DNA of 63,160 nt, filler included, from Octopus bimaculoides (taxonomy: Eukaryota), in the NCBI RefSeq assembly GCF_001194135.2. It is 5 parts of 5 records of this genome, joined end to end, with 100 filler letters (N's around TTAATTAATTAA, not from the genome) between each part and the next. Parts side by side here need not be neighbours in the genome. Positions count along the whole stretch, not along the records: positions 1 to 23,708 come from NC_068982.1; 4 more parts are not named here. One strand, 5' to 3'. Position numbers and translations under genes: made by a program. Below the pieces are notes generated by a model, which was given only the letters and a program-made list of their open reading frames with translations, ran no database searches and had not been told where the DNA came from. This document shows, one piece after another, positions 1 to 12,803 of the stretch (the stretch's first letter is position 1; every line of letters begins with the position of its first letter).

Positions 1-51
<51 letters not shown>

Positions 52-1888
52 CATACATATATATATATACATACATACATATACATACATACATACATAT
101 ACATACATACATACATAGGTATATATACATAAATATATACACATACACATATATATATATATACATATATACATGTATATATCATCATCATCATTATCAT
201 CATCGTTTAACGTCCGCGTTCCATGCTAATATATATACACATCATCATTATCATCATCGTTTAACGTCCACCCGCCATGCTAGCATGGGTTGGATGATTT
301 GACTGAGGACTGGCAAACCAGATGGCTGCACCAGGCTCCAATCTGATCTGGCAGACTTTCTACAGCTGGATGCCCTGCCTAACACCATCCACTCTGAGAG
401 TGTAGTGGGTGCTTTTACATGCCACCGACACAAGGGCCAATCTGGCGGTACTGGCAACGACCACGCTCAAATAGTGTTTTTTCCGTGCCACCTGCACAGG
501 TAACGACCTCGCTCGAATGTTTTGTTCACGTGCCACCGGCAAAAGTGCCAGTAGGGCGACGCTGGTAACGATCACACTCAAATGGTGCTTTTTTTTAAAA
601 AGTCCATAGGAACATAATCTCACTTGATAATATGAAATTTAGTAGGAAAATTAATTTTGCATTCCAGAATTTCGTGCTACAGCCAAATTTTCAGGAAGGT
701 ATAAAGTGGTATATATATNNNNNNNNNNNNNNNNNNNNNNNNNNNNNNNNNNNNNNNNNNNNNNNNNNNNNNNNNNNNNNNNNNNNNNNNNNNNNNNNNN
801 NNNNNNNNNNNNNNNNNNNNNNNNNNNNNNNNNNNNNNNNNNNNNNNNNNNNNNNNNNNNNNNNNNNNNNNNNNNNNNNNNNNNNNNNNNNNNNNNNNNN
901 NNNNNNNNNNNNNNNNNNNNATATATAAATATATACCAGTGTCATGCAAATGGCACCTTTGCTGGTGGCACATAAAAGCACCCATTACACTCTCAGAGTG
1001 GTTAGCATTAGGGAAGGCATCCAGCCATAGAAAACCATGCCAAATCAGACTGGAGTCTGGTGCAGCCTTCCAGCATGCCAGCCCCAGTCAAACCATCCAA
1101 CCCATGCCAGCATGGACAACGGATGTTAAATGATGATAATAAACATGCATGTATATGTTTGTAGGTATGTATAGAAATGAAAGATGTTTACAAAGCTGAT
1201 CAGCATACATGAGCAAGAAAATACAGACAGAAACAAGGCCGTTGATGATGATAGTAACACAGACACACACAAATACACAAACACATGAACTGTAAACAGT
1301 TGTACAATTCAGGGTGTGAAATAGAAATTAGTGACACCATACTCATTGTGTGAATGACTAAGAATTTAGCCTATTAAGCTATGACAAACACTCCTAGCAA
1401 TACTTCATATGGAGATATACTAAATTACAAAGAGAAAGTTTGTATGTGTAATAAAATATAAATAAAACATAAATGTATTGTGAAAGTGTCATGAAAGCTA
1501 TTTATGCACATTTTGTTTTTATTTTATGATAGTGTTATATAATTAAGTATCAAATGTCTTTCTCGAATATGACCACTGACTCAAAACACCCCTGTATCTT
1601 AACACATGATCTAGGATCATATACATTATGGATTATTAAGTATCAAAGTCTTTCTAGTTGTATATCTATGACCTGATCTCTGGTTCAACATTCCCTTGTA
1701 ATTCAAAATACCATCCCAGATCATATATCATCATTGTAAAGTTCATTTTTCCATGTATGCATAGGTTGGACAAAATCCCATGAGGCAGATTTTCTATGGC
1801 CATATATCACCAACTCGTAACTGTTTCCAAGTAACCAGACATGTCTTAACAGAAGACTAGAAACGAACGACACCCTTTTGCATGACAG

Positions 1889-1954
<66 letters not shown>

Positions 1955-2681
1955 GGCACACTTCTTTCAGTTTCTGTCAGACAAATCCACTCACAAGGCT
2001 TTAATCCTCCTGGGACTAGGGAAGAAGATACTTGCCAAAGGTGTTATGGAGTGTGACTGAACCCAGAACCATGTGGTTGGGAAGTAAACTTCTTACTGCA
2101 CAGCCACACCCTACACCTATCATATCTATATACATTATACATGCTAATACAAGACCGACATTAAACTCCTCACTCACTATCAAACCAAGAGTTTAACTAG
2201 TCTGTCCATAGCACTTACTTAGTGTTACCTGCCACTCTTAGGGTCTTCTAGATATGAATACCTTATATATATATATATATGAAGTATTCAAGTCTTTCCC
2301 ATTGGATATCTATGACCTGATCTAACCCAAGTGAGATTCTCTACCATTACTAATTTCATTACCATACAGTTCTCATGTCAAATTCCAATAGCATCAATGT
2401 TTAGTTTTTATCTGTTTAACATGGTATTACTTCTTGCATACAAAGTTAGTCAAATTAGCCCTTTTGTTATTTCCACTGAAATATACAGTCTTTGTTTCAA
2501 TTAATTTTGAAAATAATGAAGAATTTAGTAAAATAACTTTATCTTTATTAGGCTGAGTTATTTATAGTGTAGGAAATGTGCAGAATTATTAGAGCAAACG
2601 TATTTGTAGTGAACAGCTAGCAAATTTCTGAGATAGGATTTGAAACTGAATCCAAATTTTCTTAAGTCATCAGCCTATTGT

Positions 2682-3022
2682 TCAAGCCTGTTGCACTAAG
2701 AAATTTATGAGAATAAGCTGACTTCTTGATTTTTCACATGTCATACATAGGTCACAACTGATGGAGAAAGTCTTTGCTTTCAGCTCGACCTAGTTTAGTT
2801 AGAAAGATATAAAAACACAACAGCAAATAAGTTCTTTCTATTTTGGTCACTTGATGTCTACCTGAAGAGCAACTCTTTCAACATGCTGGTCAACACACAC
2901 AACAGCAGATCTATCATCCTCTCTACATAGTTATATGCTATTACTTTGTCTCTCTTTAGTAGTAACTCACAGATGAAGTTTGCCATACACAATGGACCAT
3001 GGAACTTGAGATGATATGTTTA
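2682..3022 (-). CDS. Three possible terminal exons (2971-3022, 2862-2922, 2682-2789): NISSQVPWSIVYGKLH-L-EDDRSAVVCVDQHVERVALQ-VELKAK...LVQQA*
   Basis: Canonical AG/GT ends with chained phases, but one intron would be only 48 nt and plus-strand acceptors are equally plausible. Confidence 0.25.
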
Positions 3023-3795
3023 CTGCAACAACAACAACTTGTGTACACACCACAACTCAAACTTGTATTTTCTATATTGCAACAACATAATAATCATATT
3101 AATAAATGGCCATCTTAATAAGCAGTTAATATTGTTCTTCATATTTGATGCATATTACCACAATACACAAGTTACACATGATTCCTCGCTTAGGTATTTG
3201 ATAGTTGTTCGCTACATATTTGTTTGAGCTCTTTATATACTGAATTCAAATCCTGCTCAAGTCAACTTCGTTTTTCATCCCTTTGGTAGCAATAAAATAC
3301 AGTACCAGTCAAGTATAGAGTTTAATGATATTATCAACTAACTCTTCCTCCCCTTAAAATTTCTAGCTTTGTGTCCTAGATTAAAACTATTATTAAGCTG
3401 GTGTTTACAATATTAATTAACATGAAATCTTAATGGAAAGTTGTTTTTTTTCTCATTTATATCACTTTCAAACTGGAAGTCTGTATGATAGAAGTAGAGG
3501 TTGTTTCATCAGGTTGGTATTAAAAAGGATTAAGTAGCAGTAATATACTGGTGTCAATACATTGGCTTATAAGAACATTTCTACCAAAACAACTATCTAA
3601 AATTTTGCTGTATATCAGAAAGGTGTCAACACCAACAAACACACACTGGTAGTATTTCACTTTTATTAGTATCATTAGTCAATTGGTTAATCATCTAGCC
3701 AGTTAACTCATCAATTATTTGATTAACCAATCAGTCAAGCAGCTCGGTTTGCCAAATCCCTTTCATCACCATTCACAACTTCATCAATGACATAC

Positions 3796-3820
3796 CCTCT
3801 CTGTTCCAGGTCTTATTTGA
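3796..3820 (-). CDS. Candidate 25-nt microexon at the loop edge of a 64-bp inverted repeat
   Basis: Acceptor aattgttcag| and donor AGG|GTATGT. Reads V-QIRPGTER in phase with 4650-4704, but is not in phase with the 2971-3022 candidate. Confidence 0.25.
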
Positions 3821-4649
3821 CTGAACAATTAATTAAACAATCGATTAGTTAATTGGTTAGATGGTTAAGCAACTGACCAAAAATATATAAAAGAAGTGAA
3901 ACAGAACCAGTGCATGTGTTTATTAATGGCATAATGACCCTCTTGTGATACAACAAAATCTGTTTTAATACAAAAGCTCACATCAAGAACCAAGAAAACC
4001 AAATCCAAAAATAAAACTATCTAAAAACAGTAAAGAAACAATGTTGTTGCTTAGTCAAAGCAAGTTTAGATAAGTAAAAATGTGTAAGTTATTGATTCTA
4101 CAGAATGCTTTTACAATACTCTAGATCTAGTTTATTAGCTAACAACAGACAAATAGATATGTGATGAGAAGCTACTGCCTAGAAATTAGAGTAGCAGCCT
4201 CTCAAGATGATGGTGGATTTGGCAGCCGTGGTGGTAGTAGCAGTGGTGGTGTTGGTGGTGGTGGTGGTGATAGCAGCAGCTGCATTAACAATGGTGATGA
4301 GTTTGCTAATGTTGATATTTTCAAGGTTGATGTATCTCGTTGCTGACATTATTGAAGCTTCCTTAACAGAAATATTCATTCGTTTGTATGCTTTTACATC
4401 TGTTCTTCCATGATAGCAGGAATTAGATGAACATATTATTGAGTCTCTGTTTTAACAATCAGATGCCCTTCTTATTGCTAACCCTTACCTGTTTTTTTTT
4501 TTTGTTTATGTTTTGGGCTTTTTTTAAAGAAATATCTTATCCCACATGTTTTTTAAGGCATAAAAACAACACAAAACCCTTTGACAAGGGAGATTATTGT
4601 ATCATCACTACCCACAGCAGAGTGATTATACAAACACATACAGACATAC

Positions 4650-4704
4650 ACACAGCTCCTCTTCAGCAAAAAATCTGTTATATTCTGATCCCATCTCTCA
4701 TCAC
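4650..4704 (-). CDS. Candidate exon (G-DERWDQNITDFLLKRSC-V)
   Basis: Acceptor gctttattctag| and donor GT|GTATGT. Only one of the three frames is open. Confidence 0.35.
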
Positions 4705-5324
4705 CTAGAATAAAGCTGCATCTTTTAGGGCATGTAATCTTGCAGGTTGCAGAGAACTGGTTCATGTGACATCAAGGCATGATACCAACCTGCCTAACAC
4801 TACCCCCAAGTTCTATAATGCAAACTTCCTGTTTTCAAACAATCTAAATTAAAACCTGTTATCTATGTTCCAAATACCAGTCTAACCCTTCAGCATTCAG
4901 ATTACTCTGTCAAATATAATGCTTATTTATTCACAATGTTTTAAATTAATCATCTATTCTCTCATAACTTTGAGATTTTTATGATGTGATTGGATATTGT
5001 GGGAATGACATTGTAGGGTAGATGTAAGAGACCAGATCTGGCCAATTTGAACATAAAACAGGTAAAATACTTCATGATTTTCAAAAGCAGTTTATTTCAA
5101 CAAGAATATGGTAACACGCAGACAGGATCATTAACACATCGGGCAAAATGTTTAGTGGCATTTCTTCCAGCTCACTATTTTCCGAGTTCAAATCCTACCA
5201 AAAGCAATTTTGCCTTTCATCCATTATTGGTAGATAAAATAAAGTACCAGCCACATACTGAGGGAGATGTAATTGACTAACCACATTCTCCTAAAATTTC
5301 TGGCCTTGTTCCAAAATTTAGGCA

Positions 5325-5722
5325 TGGATGTGTGGTAAGAAGCTTTCTTCCCAACCACATGGCATTGGGTTCAGTCCCACTGCATGGCACCTTGGGCAAG
5401 TGTCTTCTACTATAGCCTCGGGTCAACCAAAACCTTGTGAGTGGATTTGGTAGATGGAAACTGAAGGAAGCCCATCATATATATGGTTGTGTGTGAGTCA
5501 GTGTATGTGTGTGTTTGTCACCCCTACCATTTTACAACCAGTGTTGATGTGTTTACACTCCTGTAACTTAGCAGTTCAGCAAAAGAGGCCAATAGAATAA
5601 GTACTAAACTTTAAAAAAATAAGACCTAGGGCCAATTTGTTTGACTAAAAATCCTTCAAGGCGGTGCCCCAACATGGCCGCAGTCAAATGACTTAAACAA
5701 GTAAAAGATAAAAGATAAAAGA
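5325..5722 (+). mobile_element. tRNA-headed SINE with central ggcaccttgggcaagtgtc domain; copies at 1950-2110(-), 8208-8580, 15415-15720(-), 17519-17920, 20575-20945(-), 21150-21290, 22420-22755, 25650-25860, 54857-54930
   Basis: gtgtggtaagaagcttgcttcccaaccacatgg..ggttcagtcccactgc (A/B boxes), an internal (TG)n, and usually a LINE-like 3' tail. Confidence 0.85.
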
Positions 5723-6090
5723 ATTATTTAAATGCCTTGTCATCATCAAATGCTGACATCTACAAAAAAACCAAAAATGTCATTACAGAAACAAAATGTC
5801 AATGTCTGCTGAATCCCATTTTATGCATTCCACACTGCTGTTGGTGCTGGTGTTGCTGTTGTTGTTGTTGTTTAGCCTAAGGCATAACATTGTCTCATAT
5901 TTCATTCCTGTTTAAACCCTTTAACATTTAAATTGGCCATACACAACCCAAATATTCTACCTGTTTTATGTTTAAACTGACCAGATTCAGCCTCTCACAC
6001 CTATCTCACAATGTCATTCTAAAAGTAAACAATCACATCATTGAAATCTCAAAGCTACAAGATACTGCATGATTAATTCAAAACATTGTG

Positions 6091-6526
6091 CCAGTGGCAC
6101 GTGAAAAGACATTTGAGCAAGATCGTTGCCAGAGCCGATGGGCTGGCCCCTATGCAAATGACACGTAAAATACACCCTTTTGAGCATAGCCATTGATCGT
6201 TACCAACGTTGCCTCCCTGTCACATGAAAAGACATTCAAGCGAGATCATTGCCAGTGCCGATGGGCTGGCTCCTGTGCAGGTGGCACGTAAAACACACCA
6301 TTTCGAGCGTGGCCGTCGCCAGTTCCGCCTGACTGGCCCTCATGCCGGTGGCATGTAAAACACCCACTACACTCTCAGAGTGGTTGGCGTTAGGAAAGGC
6401 ATCCAGCTGTAGAAACTCTGCCAAATCAGATTGGAGCCTGGTGTCGCCTCCTGGTCCACCAGTCATCAGTCAAATCGTCCAACCCATGCTAGCATGGAAA
6501 GCGGACGTTAAACGATGATGATGATG
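6091..6526 (+). mobile_element. 5'-truncated SINE with (GAT)n tail; other copies at 181-600(-), 945-1137(+), 22830-22995(-), 48432-48710(-)
   Basis: Ends ccatgctagcatggaaagcggacgttaaacgatgatg. TSD attgtg at 6085-6090 and 6527-6532. Variable internal tandem units. Confidence 0.85.
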
Positions 6527-6584
6527 ATTGTGAATAAATAAGCATTACATTTGACAGAGAAATCTGAAAGCTATAGGGTTAAGA

Positions 6585-7090
6585 TGACAGGGTGTGATTT
6601 GAGGAAAATTGTTCTGTTAATTCTAGTAAATCAAGTGATTGTGTAGAGACTCCCTCATTGGTTTTACACATTCCATATTGGTAATATTGTTTAGCCCTGG
6701 CTGAGTCCTAATCAAGCAAACTTTTGATTACAGACATTCCTGACATTTTGTAAATCTTGCATTACAGTGTCTCATGTGTTGTTCCTGTTTAAGACAGCAG
6801 GGTATGATAAGGAGAACTTTTTACAGCTATTTCTGGCAAATCAAGCAACTGTATAGAGGCTCCAATTGTGGTTTCACACATTTTATATTGTTGATCTTGT
6901 CATTATTGTTTAGCCATGGGTCAGCTCTAATCAACCATGACATTTTCTAAATCTAGAGTTACATTGTTCTTGGTTTTATTTCTGTTTTAAGATAGGTGGG
7001 TGTGATTTGAAGGAAACTTTGCTGCTATTTCTAGCAAATAAAGCTAATATGTAGAGGCTCCATCCTTGGTTTCCACACATTTCATGTTGT
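6585..7090 (+). repeat. About 2.5 diverged tandem units (about 200-220 bp) of a dispersed repeat
   Basis: Recurrent ggtgtgatttga...gctatttctagca...gtagaggctcc...gtttcacacatt. Confidence 0.6.
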
Positions 7091-7494
7091 TATATATTTT
7101 GGAAGTGGTCTGGATGGAATTTAGCAGAAGTGAGTTCTGACCTTTTAGTTTTATCGGGTGTAACTGGAATCAGAACTTCAAACCTTTCACAACTATTGTT
7201 TCCAAAGTTTTTAACATTTCAGTTCTCTTACAACAGCTGTGATTATTTATTTTATGGGGGCAGTGGTGAGGGAGAGATTAGTGGTATCATTAGAACTTTA
7301 GATAAACTGCCTTTCAGCATTTATTCGAATTCTCTGACTCTCTCTGTCCTATGTTCAAATCCTGCCAAGAGAAACATTGCCTCTCATTTCTCCAGGGTCA
7401 ATATGATTAAGTACCAATCATGTAGTGGACTAATATTATCAACTAATTCCATCTCCCCCAAATTTCAGTCTTTATGCCCAAGTTAGAAGCTACT

Positions 7495-7875
7495 GTAAAC
7501 CCTTCCTTTATTATATTTCTCTTGAAATATACTACCTTTGTTTCAATTAATTTTGAAAATAACGAAAAATTTAGTAAAATAACTTTGTCATTAATCTGGT
7601 ACTTTGAAACATAAATTAAGAAGAAATTTTGAAGGAAGGTTTTGATTTAGATCACTTTAACCCTTTCATTACCAAATTCCTCTTGAAATATACTACTTTT
7701 GTTTCAATTAATTTTGAAAATAATGAAGAATTTAAGAAAATAACTGTCATTAATCTGATGTTTGGGACATAAATTAAGAGAAATTTTGATGGAAGGTTTT
7801 AATTTAGATAATTTTAAATATGAAGTTTTATCATAAAACCAACAGTAGTCCTGGGCAGATTGATATTAAAAAAGT
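7495..7875 (+). repeat. Tandem copies of a second TTAA-CCCTT MITE family (also 2455-2570, 3390-3535, 4775-4860 inverted)
   Basis: Recurrent tttgtttcaattaattttgaaaataatgaagaattt...aaattttgatggaaggttttaatttagat. Confidence 0.7.
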
Positions 7876-9047
7876 AAAACCAAAAACCATGAGAAAGGAA
7901 CTAAAACAGAAGTGCAGGGAATTACATGCATTATGGGATACAATGAATTCAAATCTGGATTGATTTACTCTTTCCTCGCATCAATAAGAACTAACAATAC
8001 ACTGGGATTGATTCAAGCAATAATTACTAACACTAAATTAACTGGCCTTCTGCCTAATCAAAGAGGAAAATTAAAAATAAAAACATAGATGTCAAGTGTT
8101 GTGTCTGGAATTGAAGTTTCAGATATTAAATGGTCTTTTATATTTTATACAATAATCCCTAAGATAGATAACATGCTTTACTGAAGAAACTGGGTTTGTA
8201 CACACGTATGGCTGTGTGGTAAGAAACTTGCTTCCCAACGACATGGTTCTGGATTCAGTCTCACTGCATGGCACCTTGGGCAAGTGTCCTCTACTATAGC
8301 CTCAGGCTGACCAAAGCCTTGTGAGTGGGTTTCATAGACAGAAACTGAAAGAAGCCTACTGTATAAGTGTGTGTGTCTTTTAGTCTGTGTTTATTCCCCA
8401 CCACAGCTTGACAACTAGTGTTGGTGTGTTCAGGTCCCCATAACTTAGCAGTATGGCAAAAAGAGTCCGATAGAACAAGTACCATGCTTATCAAAAAAAG
8501 TACTGGGGTCGATTTATTTGACTGAAAGCTCTTCAAGGCAGTGTTCCAACTTCACCTCAGTCTAATAACTGGGACAAAAAAAAATTTTTTTAATAAAAAA
8601 ATTCATTCAGCAAAACATATTCTGATACAGGTGAGTGGGTGGGTGGGTTTCACTGCTTTCACTGTTACTGTCATTGTCTTTGTTTTAATGTTTGCTTTCC
8701 TATTCTTGCATAGGTCAGACATAAGTTTTTTGAGTAGATTTTTCTTTTGCTGGATGCCCTTCCAATTGCTAACTCTCACCTGTTTCCAAGCAAGGCACTA
8801 TTTCCCCCATGACCTGACACATTTTTCATAGATTACAAACAGACGACACTATCTGTATGACAGCGACACCTATTTACAATACACAATGCCAAGAAGAGGC
8901 ACAAATACATACACATAAAATACACACAAACATACACACATATTACTAATACAGAAAATGATTGAGTGTGTGTATATATATGTAAACCCTCATTTGACAT
9001 TCACAATGAGAGAATCAAACACACACACACACACACACATATATATA

Positions 9048-9680
9048 CAGAGTGCAGTGAATAAACTGTCGTCTAAATAATGTAAAAATAAAAATAACAC
9101 TGACATCTCATTTTAACAGATATATTTACCAAAATTACATAAAAATATCTTGAAATACTAAAGAGTAAATTCATTCAATAAAATCGTCATTGGCTTCAAC
9201 CATGGCCTCCAGACGACTTCAGAATCTCCTGCAATTCTTCTGGACGGTCTCCTTGTTTAAGTTGGTGAATGCTGCCATAATCCTTGCCTTCAGTACATCT
9301 TTGGTGTGTTACAAGGAGTTTTGTTGGTCTCTCGCTCAACTGCACCCCACACATAATAATCAAAGGAGTTGCAGTCTAGGGAGTTAGGTGGCCAGATGTT
9401 AGGAGTAATGTGGTCACAGAAATTGTTTGACAGCTATGACTGGGCTCTCCTGTTTGTGTGGCATGGTACAGAGTCCTGTTGCCACACATAGGGTCTTCCA
9501 GCAGCCATCCTCTTGACCCAGGGCAGCACTACCTCCTCCAGGCACATGATGTAGGCATCTATGTTGAGTCTGAGGCCATGTGAGAAGATGAAAGGAGGCA
9601 TAACGTCACCATCGCTAGTGATCACTCCAAACATCATGATGTTGACTGAATATTTGATTTTTATCACTCTCAGTACATGT
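9048..9680 (-). mobile_element. Tc1/mariner superfamily maT-type (DD37D) transposase remnant
   Basis: Translates as ...VMPPFIF...YVWQQDSVPCH...WPPNSLDCNSFDYYVWGAVE... with 37 residues between the second and third catalytic D. Contains stops. A TA|CAG terminus lies at about 9048. Confidence 0.85.
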
Positions 9681-9897
9681 TTTGGGGACACAGCAAGCCA
9701 ACGGTTGTTCTCTGTGTGTTCACCATCTGTTTGTATTGGAGCTTCTGGCACAAATGCTAAGCAGTACAGCATGTCATTTCCACATTTCTGGCAGAGTGAT
9801 TTGCGTCATGGTGCTGTTTTACTTATAGACAGTGCCCAGTTGACCCTACTATACTGTATAAAATTAAAAATATAAAATAACAAACTATCCATCACAC

Positions 9898-9957
<60 letters not shown>

Positions 9958-10009
9958 TTACTAATACAGAAAATGGATGTGTGTGTGTGTGTATTTTCAT
10001 TTTATCTAG

Positions 10010-10670
10010 TTTCAGCTCATAAGCTGTGGCCATGCTGGGGCACTGCCATTTGGTGTTGCTACATAATTTTACTTCACGAATTTTACTTCAGGAATTGACA
10101 TTTGGTGCATGAGAGAGTTTGATGCAGCTGCCCTCATCTGCACCTCCTGCTGTGAAGTTGGTTCATCTGGGACACTTAACAGGAAAAGGTCCAGCTTTAT
10201 TTTGAAGATACCTACATCCACCCCATGCCGGTCTCTCAGGTCCTTCGGGAGGATACTGAAGAGCTGTGGACGTCTGAAGCCCGGGCTATTGCAGTATCTT
10301 GTCCTACATCTTGATGGCAAATTTGGAGTCCTTGGCACTATACAGTAGTGTCCAGTTCTTTTATTTGTGTAACTTTCGATGCCAAAGTTTGGGACAAGGA
10401 TCTTCCAGATGTATATTATGGCATATCTTTCTCACCTACGCTCTAAGGAATAGAGTCTTAATCTCTTAGGTCTTTCCCAATAGCTTATATGCTGCATAGA
10501 GGCTATCTTCTTCATGTAGCTTCGTTGGATTGCCTCAAGTTCTGAGATTAATTTGACACTGGTTGGTGACCATAGCTGAGAGCAATAGTCAAAGTGGCTT
10601 AGGACAAGAGTCCTCCAGAGGACCATCATGGTTTCCTGATCTCTTGTTTTAAAAGTTCTAAGAATCCATC
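10010..10670 (-). mobile_element. CR1/L2-group LINE, 5'-truncated ORF2 C-terminus plus 3' tail
   Basis: LVLSHFDYCSQLWSP...ELEAIQR...LYSLERR*ERY...RTRYCNS...VPDEP, followed by the tail ggcagtgccccagcatggccacag...tgaaactagataaaa. Confidence 0.8.
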
Positions 10671-10677
10671 CAATAAC

Positions 10678-10819
10678 TGAGTTTCAGTTGAATTAGGTAC
10701 TTCAATTGAGGTACTTCAATTGAGGCACCAAGCCAGTTTGGTATAGTCTGTGTAGCTCGAAGTTAGGTGAATAAAAAGCAAACAAGTAACAACGGGTATC
10801 AATGCATTACGGCTGTTTC
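10678..10819. repeat. Unclassified repeat, second copy at 48721-48850
   Basis: Shared gttgaattaggtacttca(a/g)ttgaggcacc...gctcgaag...gtgaataaaaagcaaa. It replaces the outer left mariner TIR. Confidence 0.6.
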
Positions 10820-11659
10820 AATCCCAAAGGTAAGGACTCCAAAGTGCTGGGGATGCAGGAAAACTGCGTGCGGTTATTGGCAATACTGTTGTATTTGTTG
10901 TGCATGCGCTTGTACCTGTGCATGCCTCACTGCCACACTCAGTCTTGACTTGGCAGTTGTATTTGATGGAGTTCTTGATTGACACTACCGCCAAGTGTGA
11001 CATTCATGTAGTTATTCGGTTTTTCAATGCAAAAAGCATTAAACCAATTGAAATTCATTGCTAATTAACGGAAGTGTATAGCAAGTCGTGCATGGATGTC
11101 AAAAACGTCCGCAAGTGGTATAGGGAGTTTGCAGCTGGTCGTACGGAAATTCATGATGAAGAAAGAAGTGGGCGACCATCAATTTTCGGCGAGACAGTTG
11201 TGAAGGTTAAGCAAATCCTGCATGAAAATCAGTGGATCACTCTGGATGATCTCCACATTTTGGTTCCTGAGGTTTCCCAAAGCACTATTCATAGGGTTTT
11301 GAGAGAAAAGTTGCAATATCGGAAGGTGTGCACAAAATGGGTCCCATGAATGCTTACAGAAGACCATAAACAGCAACCCACCAAACTTGGCACCCGGTGA
11401 CTACCACCTATTCCCCAAGTTGGAAGAACATTTGGCCGGAAGTGCTTCAGCAACGACAATGAGGTGAAAGATGAGGTTCAACATTTCCTCAACGACATAG
11501 CAGTGAGCTGGTATGACATGGGCATAGAAAAACTGCCCCAGTGCCTACAAAAATGCATCGACTGAAATAGCGATTATATAGAAAAATAGAACATCATTGA
11601 CAATAAATTTCTGTGATTTCTAAATATTTTTGGATACCTTACTTTTGGGATTACCCTCA
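10820..11659 (+). mobile_element. Internally deleted mariner element (HTH and WVP motif kept, catalytic core lost)
   Basis: ...VRKWYREFAAGRTEIHDEERSGRPS...YRKVCTKWVP, then C-terminal KCID*NSDYIEK. TIR remnants aatcccaaaggtaagg (10820-10835) and ccttacttttgggattaccctca|ta (11637-11661). Confidence 0.85.
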
Positions 11660-11793
11660 TAATAACTTGAGTATTATTGACATAACACTTGATAATACTA
11701 CAAAGAATTTAAGTGACACTTCTAAGGATAATACTATAAATGATAGAAGTAATACCAATAATAATAATAATAATAATAACAACAATAATAATA

Positions 11794-11835
<42 letters not shown>

Positions 11836-11849
11836 GAAATAATATCCGT

Positions 11850-12270
11850 AGCTGTAATTATAGGGTAGGGTCTCAATGCCTGTTATTGGGTCGGTGTTTA
11901 GCTCAGAATGTTATATACAAATGTACAATAAAGACAGAAACAAATAACTTCATTTATATCGGGTGCTCTGTAGATGTGAAGAAGCTCCTAAATAACCATT
12001 TTTTATCTTTTAGACTTAGACATAAAGCCAACAGCACCTCATTATCTATGAAAATCTGGGAACTTAAGGATAGCAATAGTGAATTTAGCCTAACATGGGA
12101 TATAGTCCGTAGAGCTCAGCCATACAAAGACAGCCGATATGGATGTGAACTATGCTATATGGAAATTTACAAAATTTTAAATATAGAGATAAGCAAAACC
12201 TAATTAATAGTAAATTAGAACTTAGAATATCTTGTGTACATAGGATTACCCATATCTTCAAATATTTTAG
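11850..12270 (+). mobile_element. Penelope-like element, GIY-YIG endonuclease C-terminus
   Basis: CNYR...CLLLGRCLAQNVIYK...IYIGC...NHFLSFR...TSLSMKIWELK...W...AQPY...CELC, then a frameshifted LINSKLELRISCVH. Preceded by (AAT)n. Confidence 0.85.
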
Positions 12271-12803
12271 AATCAGATAATAATATACACATCATACTAT
12301 GATTTGGTGGCAGAAATTAACCAGGGTGTCATATTATTCATAACCTACCCTCAATTGTCTAGAAATATACGTAGTATTGCTTCTCTAATAACCCCTACCA
12401 TTTTAATCTGCACTCTTTCAATATTTATATTACATACATTCCCCTTCAATACTAGGATTTTCTTCTCTTATAGTTATAAAATGTATATTTGCAACGGATT
12501 ACTAGATCTTGCACCTCCCCTAAGTATAAGGTAAACCCCCTGTGAACTGTTACTATTCCACACATTTCTGTGCCTCTAATATATTTTACAAATATTTTAT
12601 AAAACCATTTCCCATGATACCTTTATCTTATTTTATTTATTTTTTAATTAGCATTTGTTATGCATACCTTGACTTATCCTTATTTTTTATTTCTTATCTC
12701 TTATCTCCATTACACATTTCATGTCATTCACAATGAAATATTTTATTTTTTCATTTTATAAACTCTTTATAACTCAATATACAAGTGGCTCAAAATAAAC
12801 AAC

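Larger units (their letters stand above)
4882..6582. mobile_element. Two inverted copies of a TTAA-CCCTT MITE (4882-5070; 5915-6582, split by a SINE)
   Basis: agcattcagattactctgtcaaat...gcttatttattcacaatg and its reverse complement. Confidence 0.65.

Noticed and set aside
3731-3790. C/D-box snoRNA on the minus strand (two UGAUGA and one CUGA)
   Set aside because: No terminal stem, no purine before the C box, and no rRNA or snRNA target that I can recognise.
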